From Actinomycetota bacterium (GTDB lineage Bacteria > Actinomycetota > Aquicultoria > UBA3085 > Oleimmundimicrobiaceae): a DNA stretch of 53,958 nucleotides. Positions 26,709 through 36,892 of the stretch are shown here, in pieces (positions within the stretch are counted from its first letter, which is position 1; the number at the start of each line of letters is the position of its first letter). A model generated the notes under the pieces. That model did no database searches, had not been told where the DNA came from, and saw nothing but the letters and a program-made list of their open reading frames with translations. The translations under genes and the position numbers were made by a program. The stretch lies in assembly GCA_011046085.1 (NCBI GenBank), contig DSBK01000015.1, positions 1 through 53,958 of the forward strand, written 5' to 3'.

Positions 26709-27830
26709 GTGCGGGTTATCATAACAGGAGGAGGGACGGCCGGACATGTTTATCCTGGACTAGCGACAGCTGATAAAGTAAAGCAGCTTATCCCTGGAAC
26801 GGATATTTTATTTGTTGGTACCAGCAAGGGTTTGGAAGCCAAAATTGTGCCGAAGGCAGGATATTCTTTTACCTCTATTAATATAAAAGGATTAAAAAGG
26901 AAAGTTTCTCTAGATGTTTTTAAAACAATCTTTTCTTTTATTGCGGGATGTTATAGAGCAATAAAAATAATTAAAAAATTTCAGCCGGATGTTGTTCTGG
27001 GCACGGGGGGATATGTGAGCGCTCCCATGGTCGCGATGGCAATTTTACTTAAAATCCCCACGATTATCCACGAACAAAACTCCATTCCCGGATTGACCAA
27101 TAAGTTATTGGGAAAACGAGCAAATATTGTGGCAATCACGTTTCCGTGCTCGGAGAAGTTTTTTAAAAGGGATTGTATTGTAACGGGAAATCCCATCCGA
27201 AAAGAGATACTAAAGGCTAAAAGGGAAGACGCTCTCGATTTTTTTTCTGTTGAATCGAATAGAAAAACCCTCTTAGTGTTCGGGGGCAGCCAAGGTTCAA
27301 GATGTATAAATGAGTCATTGGTGGATGCATATAATAGGTTTCGTAATTTCGATAATTTGCAGATAATTCATATTACAGGTAAGATCGATTTTGAAAAAAT
27401 TTCAAAGCAACTGGAAGTCCAAAAAAGGCCTCAGGATAAGTTGCTGTATAATTGTTATGAATATTTAAATGACATTGATAAGGCATATGCGGTTTCAGAT
27501 TTAGTTCTTTGTCGCGCGGGGGCAACTACCATTGCTGAGATAACGGCGGTGGGTGTTCCTTCAATTTTGGTTCCTTATCCCTATTCCACGGGGGGGCATC
27601 AAGAGAAGAATGCACGTGTTCTTGAGCAGGAGGGTGCGGCGAAATTAATTTTAGATGAAGACATGAATGGTGTTGCGGTTTTTAATTCAGCAAATGAGAT
27701 AATTTTTAATGAAAGTATTCTTTTTAAGATGAGAGATAACGTCAGCAAACTTGGAAAACCGAATGCTGCGCTAGAATTGGCTAAACTCGTGAAGGGGCTT
27801 GGAGAAGGAAGAGCGAGGGGTGGAGTTTAA
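26709..27830 (+). CDS. murG: Lipid II GlcNAc transferase
   Basis: GGGTAGHVYP, HEQN, GGSQG and RAGATT. Confidence 0.95.
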   Translation: MRVIITGGGTAGHVYPGLATADKVKQLIPGTDILFVGTSKGLEAKIVPKAGYSFTSINIKGLKRKVSLDVFKTIFSFIAGCYRAIKIIKKFQPDVVLGTGGYVSAPMVAMAILLKIPTIIHEQNSIPGLTNKLLGKRANIVAITFPCSEKFFKRDCIVTGNPIRKEILKAKREDALDFFSVESNRKTLLVFGGSQGSRCINESLVDAYNRFRNFDNLQIIHITGKIDFEKISKQLEVQKRPQDKLLYNCYEYLNDIDKAYAVSDLVLCRAGATTIAEITAVGVPSILVPYPYSTGGHQEKNARVLEQEGAAKLILDEDMNGVAVFNSANEIIFNESILFKMRDNVSKLGKPNAALELAKLVKGLGEGRARGGV

Positions 27831-27898
27831 AGAGTGAAGTTAAAAGTGGAAAGATGCGATGTGCAGGTTAAGAGCTTAATCCTTATAGCTTAAAACTG

Positions 27899-29341
27899 AT
27901 GGACGAAGGCCAAGAAAGGAATAATGTGGATTTTAAAAACATACACTTTGTTGGAATTGGTGGAGCGGGAATGAGTGGTATCGCTAAAGTTCTTTTGGAG
28001 ATGGGATACTCTGTTTCTGGTTCGGATATAAAAGAATCTCGCAACACTTTGAATTTAAGAAAACAGGGAGCGACCATAAAGATTGGACACAATCCACAGA
28101 ATTTAGAATCTGCGGATGTGGTCGTAGTTTCTTCTGCGATAAAAGGAGATAATCCTGAAGTAAAATTTTCCCAAAAGAAAGGCATCCCGATTTTAAAGCG
28201 CGCAGAGATGCTTTCTGAGTTAGGTGAAGGTAAAGTTTGTATAGCGGTTGCCGGAACTCATGGAAAAACGACAACGACATCTTTGATCTCGTTTATTTTT
28301 GAAAAAAATGATTTAAACCCAACCTTTTTGATCGGAGGAGAATTAAACGACATCGGTAGTAACGCGAAATATGGCAAGGGCGATTTCTTTATTGTTGAAG
28401 CCGATGAAAGTGACGGCTCTTTGCTTTATTTAAAGCCCGACATAATTGTAGTTACAAATATAGAAGAGGACCACTTGGATTATTTTAAATCGCTCGATGG
28501 CATTGAAGCAACTTTTCTAAAATTTATAGAACTATTGCCCCATGATGGTCATCTTGTCATAAATATGGATCATCCTATAAATAAAAAATTCATAGAAAAA
28601 ATTAAAACCAAATCCTCTCTATCTAAATTACGCATAACTACATATGGTTTTGAGGATACGAACGATTACTCCGCTAAGAATTTAGAGCTAAATTCGTTTA
28701 ACAGCTCTTTTGATGTTTTAATAAAAGGCAAAAAGGCAGGAAATGTGAGCTTGAAAGTTCCAGGATGCCACAATGTTTCTAATTCGCTTGCTGCAATTGC
28801 TGTTGGTGATTTAGCCGGAATCAAGTTCTTAAAAGCGGCAAGAGCTTTGAAAAATTTTAGCGGCGTAAAAAGAAGATTTCAATTAGTCGGAATCTGTTCT
28901 GATGTTACAATTGTGGATGATTATGCTCATCATCCTTCGGAAGTAAAAGCTACTTTGGATGCTGCAAAAGATGGTGATTGGGGAAGGGTTATTTGTGTCT
29001 TTCAACCTCACAGATACTCTAGAACCAGAAGTTTGGCTGATGAATTCGGGACTTCATTTGAACAAGCTGATATGGTAATTATTACCGATGTTTATGGCGC
29101 TGGAGAGGTGCCCGAACCCGGAATTAATGGAAAGCTTATTTTGGATTCACTTCTTGAGTATAATCCACACGTAGATGCCGTATATTTACCAAGGAAAGTT
29201 GACATAAATGATTTCCTTTCAAGCTTTACCGAGAGAGGGGATTTAATTCTGACAATGGGCGCCGGTGATATTCATTCAGTGGGTGAAGATTTTCTTTCAT
29301 TTCTTATAGAGAAAAATGATTCCGTTGAGGTGAATTCTTGA
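27899..29341 (+). CDS. murC: UDP-MurNAc-L-alanine ligase
   Basis: GIGGAGMSG, GTHGKTTTT and DDYAHHP. The start may be GTG 27926. Confidence 0.95.
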   Translation: MDEGQERNNVDFKNIHFVGIGGAGMSGIAKVLLEMGYSVSGSDIKESRNTLNLRKQGATIKIGHNPQNLESADVVVVSSAIKGDNPEVKFSQKKGIPILKRAEMLSELGEGKVCIAVAGTHGKTTTTSLISFIFEKNDLNPTFLIGGELNDIGSNAKYGKGDFFIVEADESDGSLLYLKPDIIVVTNIEEDHLDYFKSLDGIEATFLKFIELLPHDGHLVINMDHPINKKFIEKIKTKSSLSKLRITTYGFEDTNDYSAKNLELNSFNSSFDVLIKGKKAGNVSLKVPGCHNVSNSLAAIAVGDLAGIKFLKAARALKNFSGVKRRFQLVGICSDVTIVDDYAHHPSEVKATLDAAKDGDWGRVICVFQPHRYSRTRSLADEFGTSFEQADMVIITDVYGAGEVPEPGINGKLILDSLLEYNPHVDAVYLPRKVDINDFLSSFTERGDLILTMGAGDIHSVGEDFLSFLIEKNDSVEVNS

Positions 29342-30267
29342 ACGACGCACGTGCTTTAGAAAAGGTATTTTTAAAATTAGAAAGAGATATGCCTGGCAAG
29401 GTTTTTCAAAACGTCCCTTTAGCCAAGAAGGTGACCTTTAGGGTTGGTGGTAATGTTGCTATTTTTGCGGTTGCGGACACCATAAGCGATTTAAGATTAT
29501 TGATGAAAACAATTGATAGGTACGGGGCGCTTTATTTTGTATTAGGTAAAGGTTCGAATCTTCTAATTTCTGATGATGGCTTCAGAGGAGTGGCCATTGA
29601 GCTTGGCTCCGGTTTTAAAAAAATTTCCCTGGATGGCCACTACTTACAAGCGGGAGCCGCAACTCCGCTTTCCACTCTTACTCAGGTAGCTTGGAAAAAT
29701 GGTTTAAAAGGATTTGCATTTGCTGTTGGAATTCCAGGTAGTCTAGGCGGGGCTTTGGTTATGAATGCGGGTGCTCATGATGGCTGCATGGCAAACATTA
29801 CCAGCACAGTGACAGTTTATACGTCGAATTGTGAGTTGCAGGTTTTAAACAAGCCCGAAGTCGGATTTGGCTACCGCACAAGCGCTCTTTCTTCATATGG
29901 AATTATAGTGGAAGCGATGTTAAGATTAGAATCGGGCGATTCTGACAGAATACGTTATTTGATGGAGCGGCACTTTAGGAAGAGGAAAGAGACTCAGCCT
30001 TTTGATTATCCCAGCGCTGGTAGTGTTTTTAAGAATGTTTCGGGCATTTCGGCTGGCAAAATCATAGACGAAGCTGGTTGCAAGGGATTGTGCGTGGGGG
30101 ACGCCCAAATATCTACAAAGCATGCTAATTTTATAGTAAATTTAGGAAAAGCTACGGCACAAGATATTTATACATTGATCAAAAGGGTTCAAGAGAGAGT
30201 TTATCGAGAAAAAGGGTTCTTGTTGGATTCTGAGATTGTTATGTTGGGTGATTTTAGGGATGAATAA
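29338..30267 (+). CDS. murB: UDP-N-acetylenolpyruvoylglucosamine reductase
   Basis: GKGSNLL, GIPGSLGG, MNAGA, SAGSVFKN and HANFIVN. Confidence 0.95.
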   Translation: MNDARALEKVFLKLERDMPGKVFQNVPLAKKVTFRVGGNVAIFAVADTISDLRLLMKTIDRYGALYFVLGKGSNLLISDDGFRGVAIELGSGFKKISLDGHYLQAGAATPLSTLTQVAWKNGLKGFAFAVGIPGSLGGALVMNAGAHDGCMANITSTVTVYTSNCELQVLNKPEVGFGYRTSALSSYGIIVEAMLRLESGDSDRIRYLMERHFRKRKETQPFDYPSAGSVFKNVSGISAGKIIDEAGCKGLCVGDAQISTKHANFIVNLGKATAQDIYTLIKRVQERVYREKGFLLDSEIVMLGDFRDE

Positions 30268-31063
30268 AGAAATTGCTACAGAAAAAGCAGTTTTAAGAAG
30301 AGCAAAAATTCAAAAACTTAAAAGAAGAAGACGCCTGGGCATGGTGATTTTTTTATCTTTAATAATTCTCATTATTTTCGGGATCATATCTCTTTATAAC
30401 TCCGATCTTTTCAACGTTAAAAAAATAATTGTAACAGGCAATAATCGAATTTCAAAAGGACAAATTATTAAAGAAAGCGGCATAGATTCTGATACAAGCC
30501 TACTTAAATTGTCACGCGACGAAATCAAAAAAAGAATTTTAAAAGAGCCATGGATTAAAGATGTGGAAATTAAACGTCATTTTTTTAACTCCGTAGAGAT
30601 AAAATTGATTGAAAGAGAAGCGGTCGCGGCTGTACCTTTTCAAGACATTTACTTACTCGTCGATGAAGGGTTGATTGTTTTGGAATCTAGGGAAGCAATA
30701 GACGAATTAAGTTTGCCTGTTATATTGGATTTAAAGTTAACTAAAGCTAAAATTGGGAGAAAACTTACTTTGTCGAGTCTAAAGAATGCAGTTAAAAGTC
30801 TGGTCTCTTTGGATAAAGAATTAAGAGATTCTGTGACTATGATAAATGCTCCTTCGGTAGAAAAACTTACGCTCATGCTTGCTTTGGAAAATGACAACGG
30901 AGACCCTTATGATGTAGAGATTCTTTATGGCGAAGCCAATGATACCTCAACCAAAAATGCTATTATTAAGGAAATTCTTACGAAAAGTAAAAAACATGTT
31001 ATTTATATTGATGTAAGGATTGCCTCAAACCCTGCAGTCAAATTTCTTGAAGACGCTTCTTGA
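30260..31063 (+). CDS. ftsQ: Cell division protein FtsQ/DivIB
   Basis: Basic N-tail, TM helix, POTRA region, YIDVR C-terminus; lies upstream of ftsZ. Confidence 0.85.
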   Translation: MNKEIATEKAVLRRAKIQKLKRRRRLGMVIFLSLIILIIFGIISLYNSDLFNVKKIIVTGNNRISKGQIIKESGIDSDTSLLKLSRDEIKKRILKEPWIKDVEIKRHFFNSVEIKLIEREAVAAVPFQDIYLLVDEGLIVLESREAIDELSLPVILDLKLTKAKIGRKLTLSSLKNAVKSLVSLDKELRDSVTMINAPSVEKLTLMLALENDNGDPYDVEILYGEANDTSTKNAIIKEILTKSKKHVIYIDVRIASNPAVKFLEDAS

Positions 31064-31130
31064 ATTTTATTAAAATCAGTTGCAATTTTTTTATAAATAA
31101 TATAAGGTTTTTGTTAAGGTTTACCAGCAC

Positions 31131-31157
31131 AAACCCTCAAGGGTTACTATAGTGTTT
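31131..31157. promoter_or_regulatory. Imperfect inverted repeat upstream of ftsZ (FtsR/MerR-type site candidate)
   Basis: AAACCCTCAAG-N5-CTATAGTGTTT. Confidence 0.4.
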
Positions 31158-31189
31158 TGTTTATTGTTTTAAATAAGGAGGGAAATTAT

Positions 31190-32242
31190 ATGCCGATTAA
31201 TGCGGGCAAAAACTATTTAGCTTTAATTAAGGTTGTTGGTGTGGGCGGAGGAGGAACAAACGCTGTAAACAGGATGATTGAGGCGGGTTTAAAGGGAGTT
31301 GAGTTCATTGCGCTTAATACTGACTCGCAAGCGCTCTTAATGTCGGATGCTGATTATAAAGTTCATATCGGAGAGAAATTAACAAGGGGTTTAGGCGCTG
31401 GGGCAGACCCAGAGGTTGGTTTTCAGGCGGCGCAAGAGAGCAGAGAAGACATTAAAGAAGCGCTTCGAGGAGCCGATATGGTGTTTATAACCGCCGGCAA
31501 AGGCGGGGGAACTGGAACGGGAGCTGCACCCGTGGTTGCCGAAGTTGCAAAAGAGATTGGAGCTCTAACCGTGGGTGTTGTAACGAGGCCATTTGGTTTT
31601 GAGGGTAGAAAACGTGCTATGCAGGCAGATGAGGGAATTGAGAAACTGAGAGATGGGGTCGACACGTTAATAATTATTCCAAACGACAAGCTTCTTTATG
31701 TGGTAGAGAAGAGGACATCTATATTGGATGCTTTTAGAGTTGCCGATGATGTGTTGCGTCAGGGCGTGCAAGGTATCACGGATTTAATAACAATGCCAGG
31801 CTTAATTAACTTAGATTTTGCTGACGTTAGAACAATTATGTCTGGCGCTGGTTCCGCGTTGATGGGAATCGGTGAATCTTCGGGAGAAAACAGGGCCGCT
31901 GAAGCCGCGAAGGCTGCAATTTCCAGCCCCTTGCTTGATGCTTCCATAGAAGGGGCCAAGGGGGTATTGCTTAATATATCTGGCGGCGCTGATCTTGGGC
32001 TTTTTGAAGTGAATGAGGCGGCGGAAGTTATTGCAAATGCTTCTCATCCTGACTCAAATATAATATTCGGCGCGGTTATAGATGATGGTTTGCAGGATTC
32101 GGTCAGGGTAACCGTGATAGCTACGGGGTTCGATAGAAAAAGACAACAAGAAAAACTGCAGTTTGCGGTGGAAAGTGAGCCCATACCATCTTTTGAGGGC
32201 GATGATTTAGATATCCCAAACTTTCTAAGGAAAAGAGACTGA
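31190..32242 (+). CDS. ftsZ: Cell division protein FtsZ
   Basis: GGGTGTG, NLDFAD and C-terminal [10 protein letters not shown]. Confidence 0.98.
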   Translation: MPINAGKNYLALIKVVGVGGGGTNAVNRMIEAGLKGVEFIALNTDSQALLMSDADYKVHIGEKLTRGLGAGADPEVGFQAAQESREDIKEALRGADMVFITAGKGGGTGTGAAPVVAEVAKEIGALTVGVVTRPFGFEGRKRAMQADEGIEKLRDGVDTLIIIPNDKLLYVVEKRTSILDAFRVADDVLRQGVQGITDLITMPGLINLDFADVRTIMSGAGSALMGIGESSGENRAAEAAKAAISSPLLDASIEGAKGVLLNISGGADLGLFEVNEAAEVIANASHPDSNIIFGAVIDDGLQDSVRVTVIATGFDRKRQQEKLQFAVESEPIPSFEGDDLDIPNFLRKRD

Positions 32243-32262
32243 GTTACGGTTAATGGCAAATA

Positions 32263-33075
32263 ATGGTTCCTTTTGATATTAAGTGTGAAAAAAAGGGTAG
32301 TAATTTTATTTATCTAACCTCCAGTGAGTTATTAAATAAAAGTTCGATCTTGATTGCGTTTTCTAAGAGGCACGGAGGAAAAAGTAAATCACCTTATGAT
32401 TCGTTGAATCTTGCTTTACACGTTGGCGATAAAGAAGAAGTTGTTATTGAAAATAGGGAAATTCTCTGTTCTAACCTAGTTATTGATATGCACCGTTTAA
32501 CCACATGCGAACAAGTTCATGGCAGTAATGTTGTAGTTGTTGATGAAAGCCTGGTAGGGCGTGGTTCGCTTTTTCAGCAAGAAGCAATTTTACAGACAGA
32601 TGCTCTTATCACAAACATTAAAGATGTTCCCCTTGCGGTTTTTTGTGCTGACTGTGTTCCAATCTTAATTGTTGATCCCGTAAAACGTGTTGTTGGTGTG
32701 GTGCATGCGGGCTGGAGGGGGACATATGCTGAAATTTCGAGAAGAGTTGTCCAAAGATTTGTTGATAAGTTTGGTTCCAGCCCGAAAAATATTCTTTCAT
32801 TTATTGGGCCCCACATAAGAGATTGTTGCTATAGGGTGGGCCAACTGTTTGCCCAGAAGTTTGAAGATAAATTTCCCCTAAAGCTTGACACTCATCCTGG
32901 CGAAAGTTACCTTAATCTTGAAGAAGCAAACATCAAGCAGCTCATTAAAAGCGGAGTTCAACCGGGAAATATTAATAGCGCACACAGTTGCACGAGTTGC
33001 AATCCAAATTTTTTTTCGTATAGACGCGACAAAGGAGTAACCGGCAGACAATGCGCCCTGGTTGTTATCAAATAA
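32263..33075 (+). CDS. pgeF: Peptidoglycan editing factor PgeF (YfiH/YlmD)
   Basis: QVHG, ADCVPIL, HAGWRG and FFSYRR. Confidence 0.92.
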   Translation: MVPFDIKCEKKGSNFIYLTSSELLNKSSILIAFSKRHGGKSKSPYDSLNLALHVGDKEEVVIENREILCSNLVIDMHRLTTCEQVHGSNVVVVDESLVGRGSLFQQEAILQTDALITNIKDVPLAVFCADCVPILIVDPVKRVVGVVHAGWRGTYAEISRRVVQRFVDKFGSSPKNILSFIGPHIRDCCYRVGQLFAQKFEDKFPLKLDTHPGESYLNLEEANIKQLIKSGVQPGNINSAHSCTSCNPNFFSYRRDKGVTGRQCALVVIK

Positions 33076-33771
33076 ATGAACGAAAACATAACTGAGAATA
33101 TTTTAAAAATCCAAGAAAGAATTTCAAAAGCGGCGCTTAGGTCAGGTTGCAAAATTGATGACATAAAAATAGTTGCAGCCATAAAAAATATACCACTTGA
33201 AAAAATCATGACGGCGATAGATGGAGGAATAGCTCATGTTGGCGAAAACAGAGTACGGGATGCTGTTATTAAATTTAACGGGATTGGAGACGTTGTTAAA
33301 TGGCATTTCATTGGTCATTTGCAACGAAACAAAGTCAAACATATCATCCCGTTTACTGACCTTATTCACTCCGTTGACAGTCTAAGGCTAGCATTTGAAA
33401 TAGACAAACAGGCAAAAAAAATTCGCAAAGTTCAAAAAATCCTTTTGGAGGTGAATGTTTCGGGTGAGGAAAGCAAATTCGGGTTTTCTCCGGACGATGT
33501 TTTGGAAAAAGTGAAAGAGATTGGTGGATTAGGCAATATTAAGATTGAAGGTTTGATGACCATTGCGCCTTTTTTTGCTGGTCAGAATGATTTACGGAAG
33601 GTTTTTAAAGGGCTAAAGGAAGTTTTTGAGAATATTAAAAGAAAAGATGTCTACAATGTTAACATGTCGTATCTCTCTATGGGTATGACTAATGATTTTG
33701 AAATAGCTATTGAAGAAGGGGCAAATATGGTTAGAATAGGAACAGGAATCTTTGGTTTACGGGAGGTTTAA
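33076..33771 (+). CDS. yggS: PLP homeostasis protein YggS
   Basis: WHFIGHLQRNK, LSMGMTND and RIGTGIFG. Confidence 0.93.
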   Translation: MNENITENILKIQERISKAALRSGCKIDDIKIVAAIKNIPLEKIMTAIDGGIAHVGENRVRDAVIKFNGIGDVVKWHFIGHLQRNKVKHIIPFTDLIHSVDSLRLAFEIDKQAKKIRKVQKILLEVNVSGEESKFGFSPDDVLEKVKEIGGLGNIKIEGLMTIAPFFAGQNDLRKVFKGLKEVFENIKRKDVYNVNMSYLSMGMTNDFEIAIEEGANMVRIGTGIFGLREV

Positions 33772-33772
33772 A

Positions 33773-34273
33773 ATGAGCAATATATGGAGAAGGACTCTGG
33801 CTTACTTTGGTCTGGCAGATGATGAAGAAATGTATGATGAGCCTGAGGACACAATTGAAGAAGAGGATTATGATTACGATGATGTTTATTCTAGAAGATC
33901 GATAAAAAAGATAAAAAGGGCGCCTGACACTTCATTGTTTGAGTCTCCTGAGGAGGGGGCGCCTCAGCTTAGATCGGTTTCAAACCCACAAACGAGAGTT
34001 CATATAGTTGAGCCAAAATCATTTAATGACGCGCAGCATGTGGCAGATAAATTTAAAGCTAACATCCCCGTTATAATAAACTTACAGGCGGTTGATCAGG
34101 ACATTTCTAAGCGTTTGGTGGATTTTGCCAGTGGTTTGGGTTATGGGCTAAATGGTGGCATGCAAAAAGTTGCCGACAAAGTCTTTCTTTTAACCCCAGC
34201 AAATGTTCAAGTCTCTGCGGAAGAAAAAAGAAAACTTAGAGAGAAAGGTTTTTTTAATCAAGTCAACAAGTGA
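33773..34273 (+). CDS. sepF: Cell division protein SepF
   Basis: EPKSFNDA, KRLVDFASG and FLLTPANV. Confidence 0.93.
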   Translation: MSNIWRRTLAYFGLADDEEMYDEPEDTIEEEDYDYDDVYSRRSIKKIKRAPDTSLFESPEEGAPQLRSVSNPQTRVHIVEPKSFNDAQHVADKFKANIPVIINLQAVDQDISKRLVDFASGLGYGLNGGMQKVADKVFLLTPANVQVSAEEKRKLREKGFFNQVNK

Positions 34274-35112
34274 TGGGAGAGCAGGAAAAAGCGTTGATAG
34301 TTTCTTTTGTTGGAGCGGGACAAATGGGGGAAGCTCTTTTGGGCGGAGGCTTAGATTCTGGAAGCATGAAATCGGATTGTGTTTATTTGTCTGATGTCCG
34401 CAAAGATAGGTTAAGAGAATTAAAAGATAAATATCAAACAAGGATTGCTAAAGACAACATTTCTGCTGCAAAAATTGCCGATCTTATTATTTTGGCTGTC
34501 AAACCTCAAAATATAGATGGAGTTTTAGATGAAATAGCAGATTATGTTGATGGTAAAAAAATCATTGTTTCTATTGTGGCGGGGATAAGCATAAATAGAA
34601 TTTTGCAAAAGCTTTACAAAGATCCTCAAGTATTTAGGGTAATGCCAAACAACCCCGCGCTTTTAAGGGCGGGAATTTCTGTAATAAGTGCTTCCGGTGA
34701 TGTTTCAGACGCAAATTTGGATTTTGTTTCAAATATTTTTTCTGAAATAGGAGAAGTGCTTATTATAGACGAAAGTTATCAAAACCTGGCCACAGCCCTA
34801 TGTGGTTCTGGGCCAGCTTATTTTTATTTGGTGGTTAAATTGTTAATTGAAGCGGGAGTTGAGCTTGGTCTTGAAAACGAGATTGCCGAAAAACTGGTAA
34901 ATCAGACAATCTTTGGTGCGGCAAAAATGGTTAAAGAAGCTGGAAAAAGTCCTGAAGAATTGATAAAAATGGTCGCTTCGCCGGGAGGTACGACCGAGGC
35001 TGCATTGGAAATATTTGAAAAGTACAACTTCAAAAAAGGAATAACGGCTGCCGTCGGAAGCGCTGTAAATCGAGCCATTGAATTAGGCGGAGGGGAGTTT
35101 GGCCAATGTTAA
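34270..35112 (+). CDS. proC: Pyrroline-5-carboxylate reductase
   Basis: GAGQMG, AVKPQ, RVMPN, GSGPAY and SPGGTT. Confidence 0.95.
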   Translation: MMGEQEKALIVSFVGAGQMGEALLGGGLDSGSMKSDCVYLSDVRKDRLRELKDKYQTRIAKDNISAAKIADLIILAVKPQNIDGVLDEIADYVDGKKIIVSIVAGISINRILQKLYKDPQVFRVMPNNPALLRAGISVISASGDVSDANLDFVSNIFSEIGEVLIIDESYQNLATALCGSGPAYFYLVVKLLIEAGVELGLENEIAEKLVNQTIFGAAKMVKEAGKSPEELIKMVASPGGTTEAALEIFEKYNFKKGITAAVGSAVNRAIELGGGEFGQC

Positions 35113-35405
35113 AAAACACCGTATTTCAGCTTGTTGATTTATCTTTTACGGTTTATAACTGGTTGATAATATTACGTATTATTTTGTCATGGTTTCCGCT
35201 TCCCTCAACGGGAACGCTTGGAAGCATATATCGTTTTATTTATGAGTTGACAGAACCTCTGCTCGCAATCTTTAGAAGAATATTGTCACCAATCATGGTC
35301 GGCTCGGTTGGGCTTGATCTTTCGCCCATAATCGTATTGATATTATTAAGATTTTTACGTGGCTTGATTTTGATGGCTATTTCACAAATCTTTATGTATA
35401 TATAG
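35106..35405 (+). CDS. yggT: YggT family membrane protein
   Basis: RIILSWFP, LTEPLL and LDLSPI. Confidence 0.92.
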   Translation: MLKNTVFQLVDLSFTVYNWLIILRIILSWFPLPSTGTLGSIYRFIYELTEPLLAIFRRILSPIMVGSVGLDLSPIIVLILLRFLRGLILMAISQIFMYI

Positions 35406-35439
35406 AGTACAGTTAATCAATACGAAGGAGGAGATTTAA

Positions 35440-36297
35440 ATGAGACTTACCCCTTTAGATATTCACCACAAGGAGTTTAGAAGAGCTATTAGGGGATACA
35501 GCGAGGAAGATGTCGACGTTTTTTTAGATGAGGTTGCGGAAGAATTTGAGTTGCTTTTTAAAGAAAATACTGAACAAAAAGAACGGTTGGAAAAGATTAA
35601 TGAAAAGTTAAAACAATATGAAAATATTGAGCAAACTCTCCAAAATACGCTGTTGACGGCTCAAAAATCTGCAGAAGAATTACAATCAAACGCCAAAAAA
35701 GAAGGAGAGCTAATCATAAGGGATGCAGAGCTTAAATCCAAAGAAATAATTCAGGAATCCATGAATGAAAAGAGAAAAGTTCAAAATGCCTTAAACATTT
35801 TAAAACAAGCGGAAGAAGAATTTAGAATGAGGTTTAAGTCGCTCCTTGAATCGTATCTCAATGTATTGAGTGAAACGGGCGGGGTTGAAGAGATAGAATC
35901 TAAGATGAAGGGGTTAATGGAGTTTAAAAAAGAATCTCTGATTGTGGAGTCAAGCGAGCTGGCAGCGGAGGAGTTTGTTGAAGAGGGCAAAATGGCGTCT
36001 GAGCAATTATCAGAAGAACCAATTGTAATTGATGAGGAACCAGAAGAAGTTTCTGAGGCTTTAGCGAAGGTTGTCCAAGAAGAAGAGGTTGAAGAAACTG
36101 AAACCAGAGAAAAAGAATCCAGGAAAGCGAACAAAAAAAAAGACGAAGAAACTGAAGGCGAAAATGACGATAAAGAAATAACCAAAAATAAAGGTAAGAG
36201 AAAGGATGTAGAAATAGAAATCCCAACCTTTCTAAAAGAAGGACCACGAAAAGATTTTCTAAAAGGTAAAGAAGAAGAAATAGAGGAGATATCATAG
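35440..36297 (+). CDS. divIVA: DivIVA/Wag31 with a long acidic C-terminal tail
   Basis: LTPLDIHHKEF...RGYSEEDVDVFLD, then a coiled coil. Confidence 0.93.
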   Translation: MRLTPLDIHHKEFRRAIRGYSEEDVDVFLDEVAEEFELLFKENTEQKERLEKINEKLKQYENIEQTLQNTLLTAQKSAEELQSNAKKEGELIIRDAELKSKEIIQESMNEKRKVQNALNILKQAEEEFRMRFKSLLESYLNVLSETGGVEEIESKMKGLMEFKKESLIVESSELAAEEFVEEGKMASEQLSEEPIVIDEEPEEVSEALAKVVQEEEVEETETREKESRKANKKKDEETEGENDDKEITKNKGKRKDVEIEIPTFLKEGPRKDFLKGKEEEIEEIS

Positions 36298-36302
36298 TTT
36301 TT

Positions 36303-36602
36303 ATGCTTGATATAAAGGAGCATAAGAGCGGTATTGTTTTACCAATCTATGTGCAAATCCGCTCTTCAAGGGCTGGCATAAGTGAGGTTGCGAAGGATTG
36401 TTTAAAAATTCGCGTTTGCTCTCTTGCCAAAGAGGGGAAGGCAAATCGTGAAACCGTTAAAATTTTGGCAAAACTTTTCAAAGTACCCAAATCAAAAATA
36501 TCCATTTTGTCAGGGGAGACAGCTCGTCATAAAAGAATCTTAATTCAAGATGTTTCCAAAGATTATATTTTGATGATTCTTGAGAAATACGTTTTTTTAT
36601 AA
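36303..36602 (+). CDS. DUF167/YggU family protein
   Basis: EGKANRE and ILSGETARHK. Confidence 0.85.
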   Translation: MLDIKEHKSGIVLPIYVQIRSSRAGISEVAKDCLKIRVCSLAKEGKANRETVKILAKLFKVPKSKISILSGETARHKRILIQDVSKDYILMILEKYVFL

Positions 36603-36625
36603 TTATTTCTAAATTTTTAGTATGT

Positions 36626-36654
36626 TTGACTTTCCTGTTGGCCTGTGTTAATTT
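36626..36654 (+). promoter_or_regulatory. SigA-type promoter upstream of the ileS leader
   Basis: TTGACT-N17-TAATTT with an extended TG. Confidence 0.6.
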
Positions 36655-36892
36655 TGGGAAAATCGAAGTTCAATAGCAGTTTTACCATTAAGTCAACTTG
36701 TTTTTACGAAGCTAATTTTGGTTAAAACAAATACGGCTTCAAAAGAAATTTTTTGTTGAACCAAACAAATTAATGTTAAAACAATGCGGCTAAAATTTTT
36801 TAATAAGAGGAAGCATGTGGATGTACCATAGCCATAAAGCTGTGGTACTTAATTATTTGACTGTATAAATTTATTAAAATCGGGGTTTTTAA

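Noticed and set aside
35781-36323. 180-aa Ser/Phe-rich minus-strand ORF
   Set aside because: Antisense shadow of the Glu/Lys-rich DivIVA tail.
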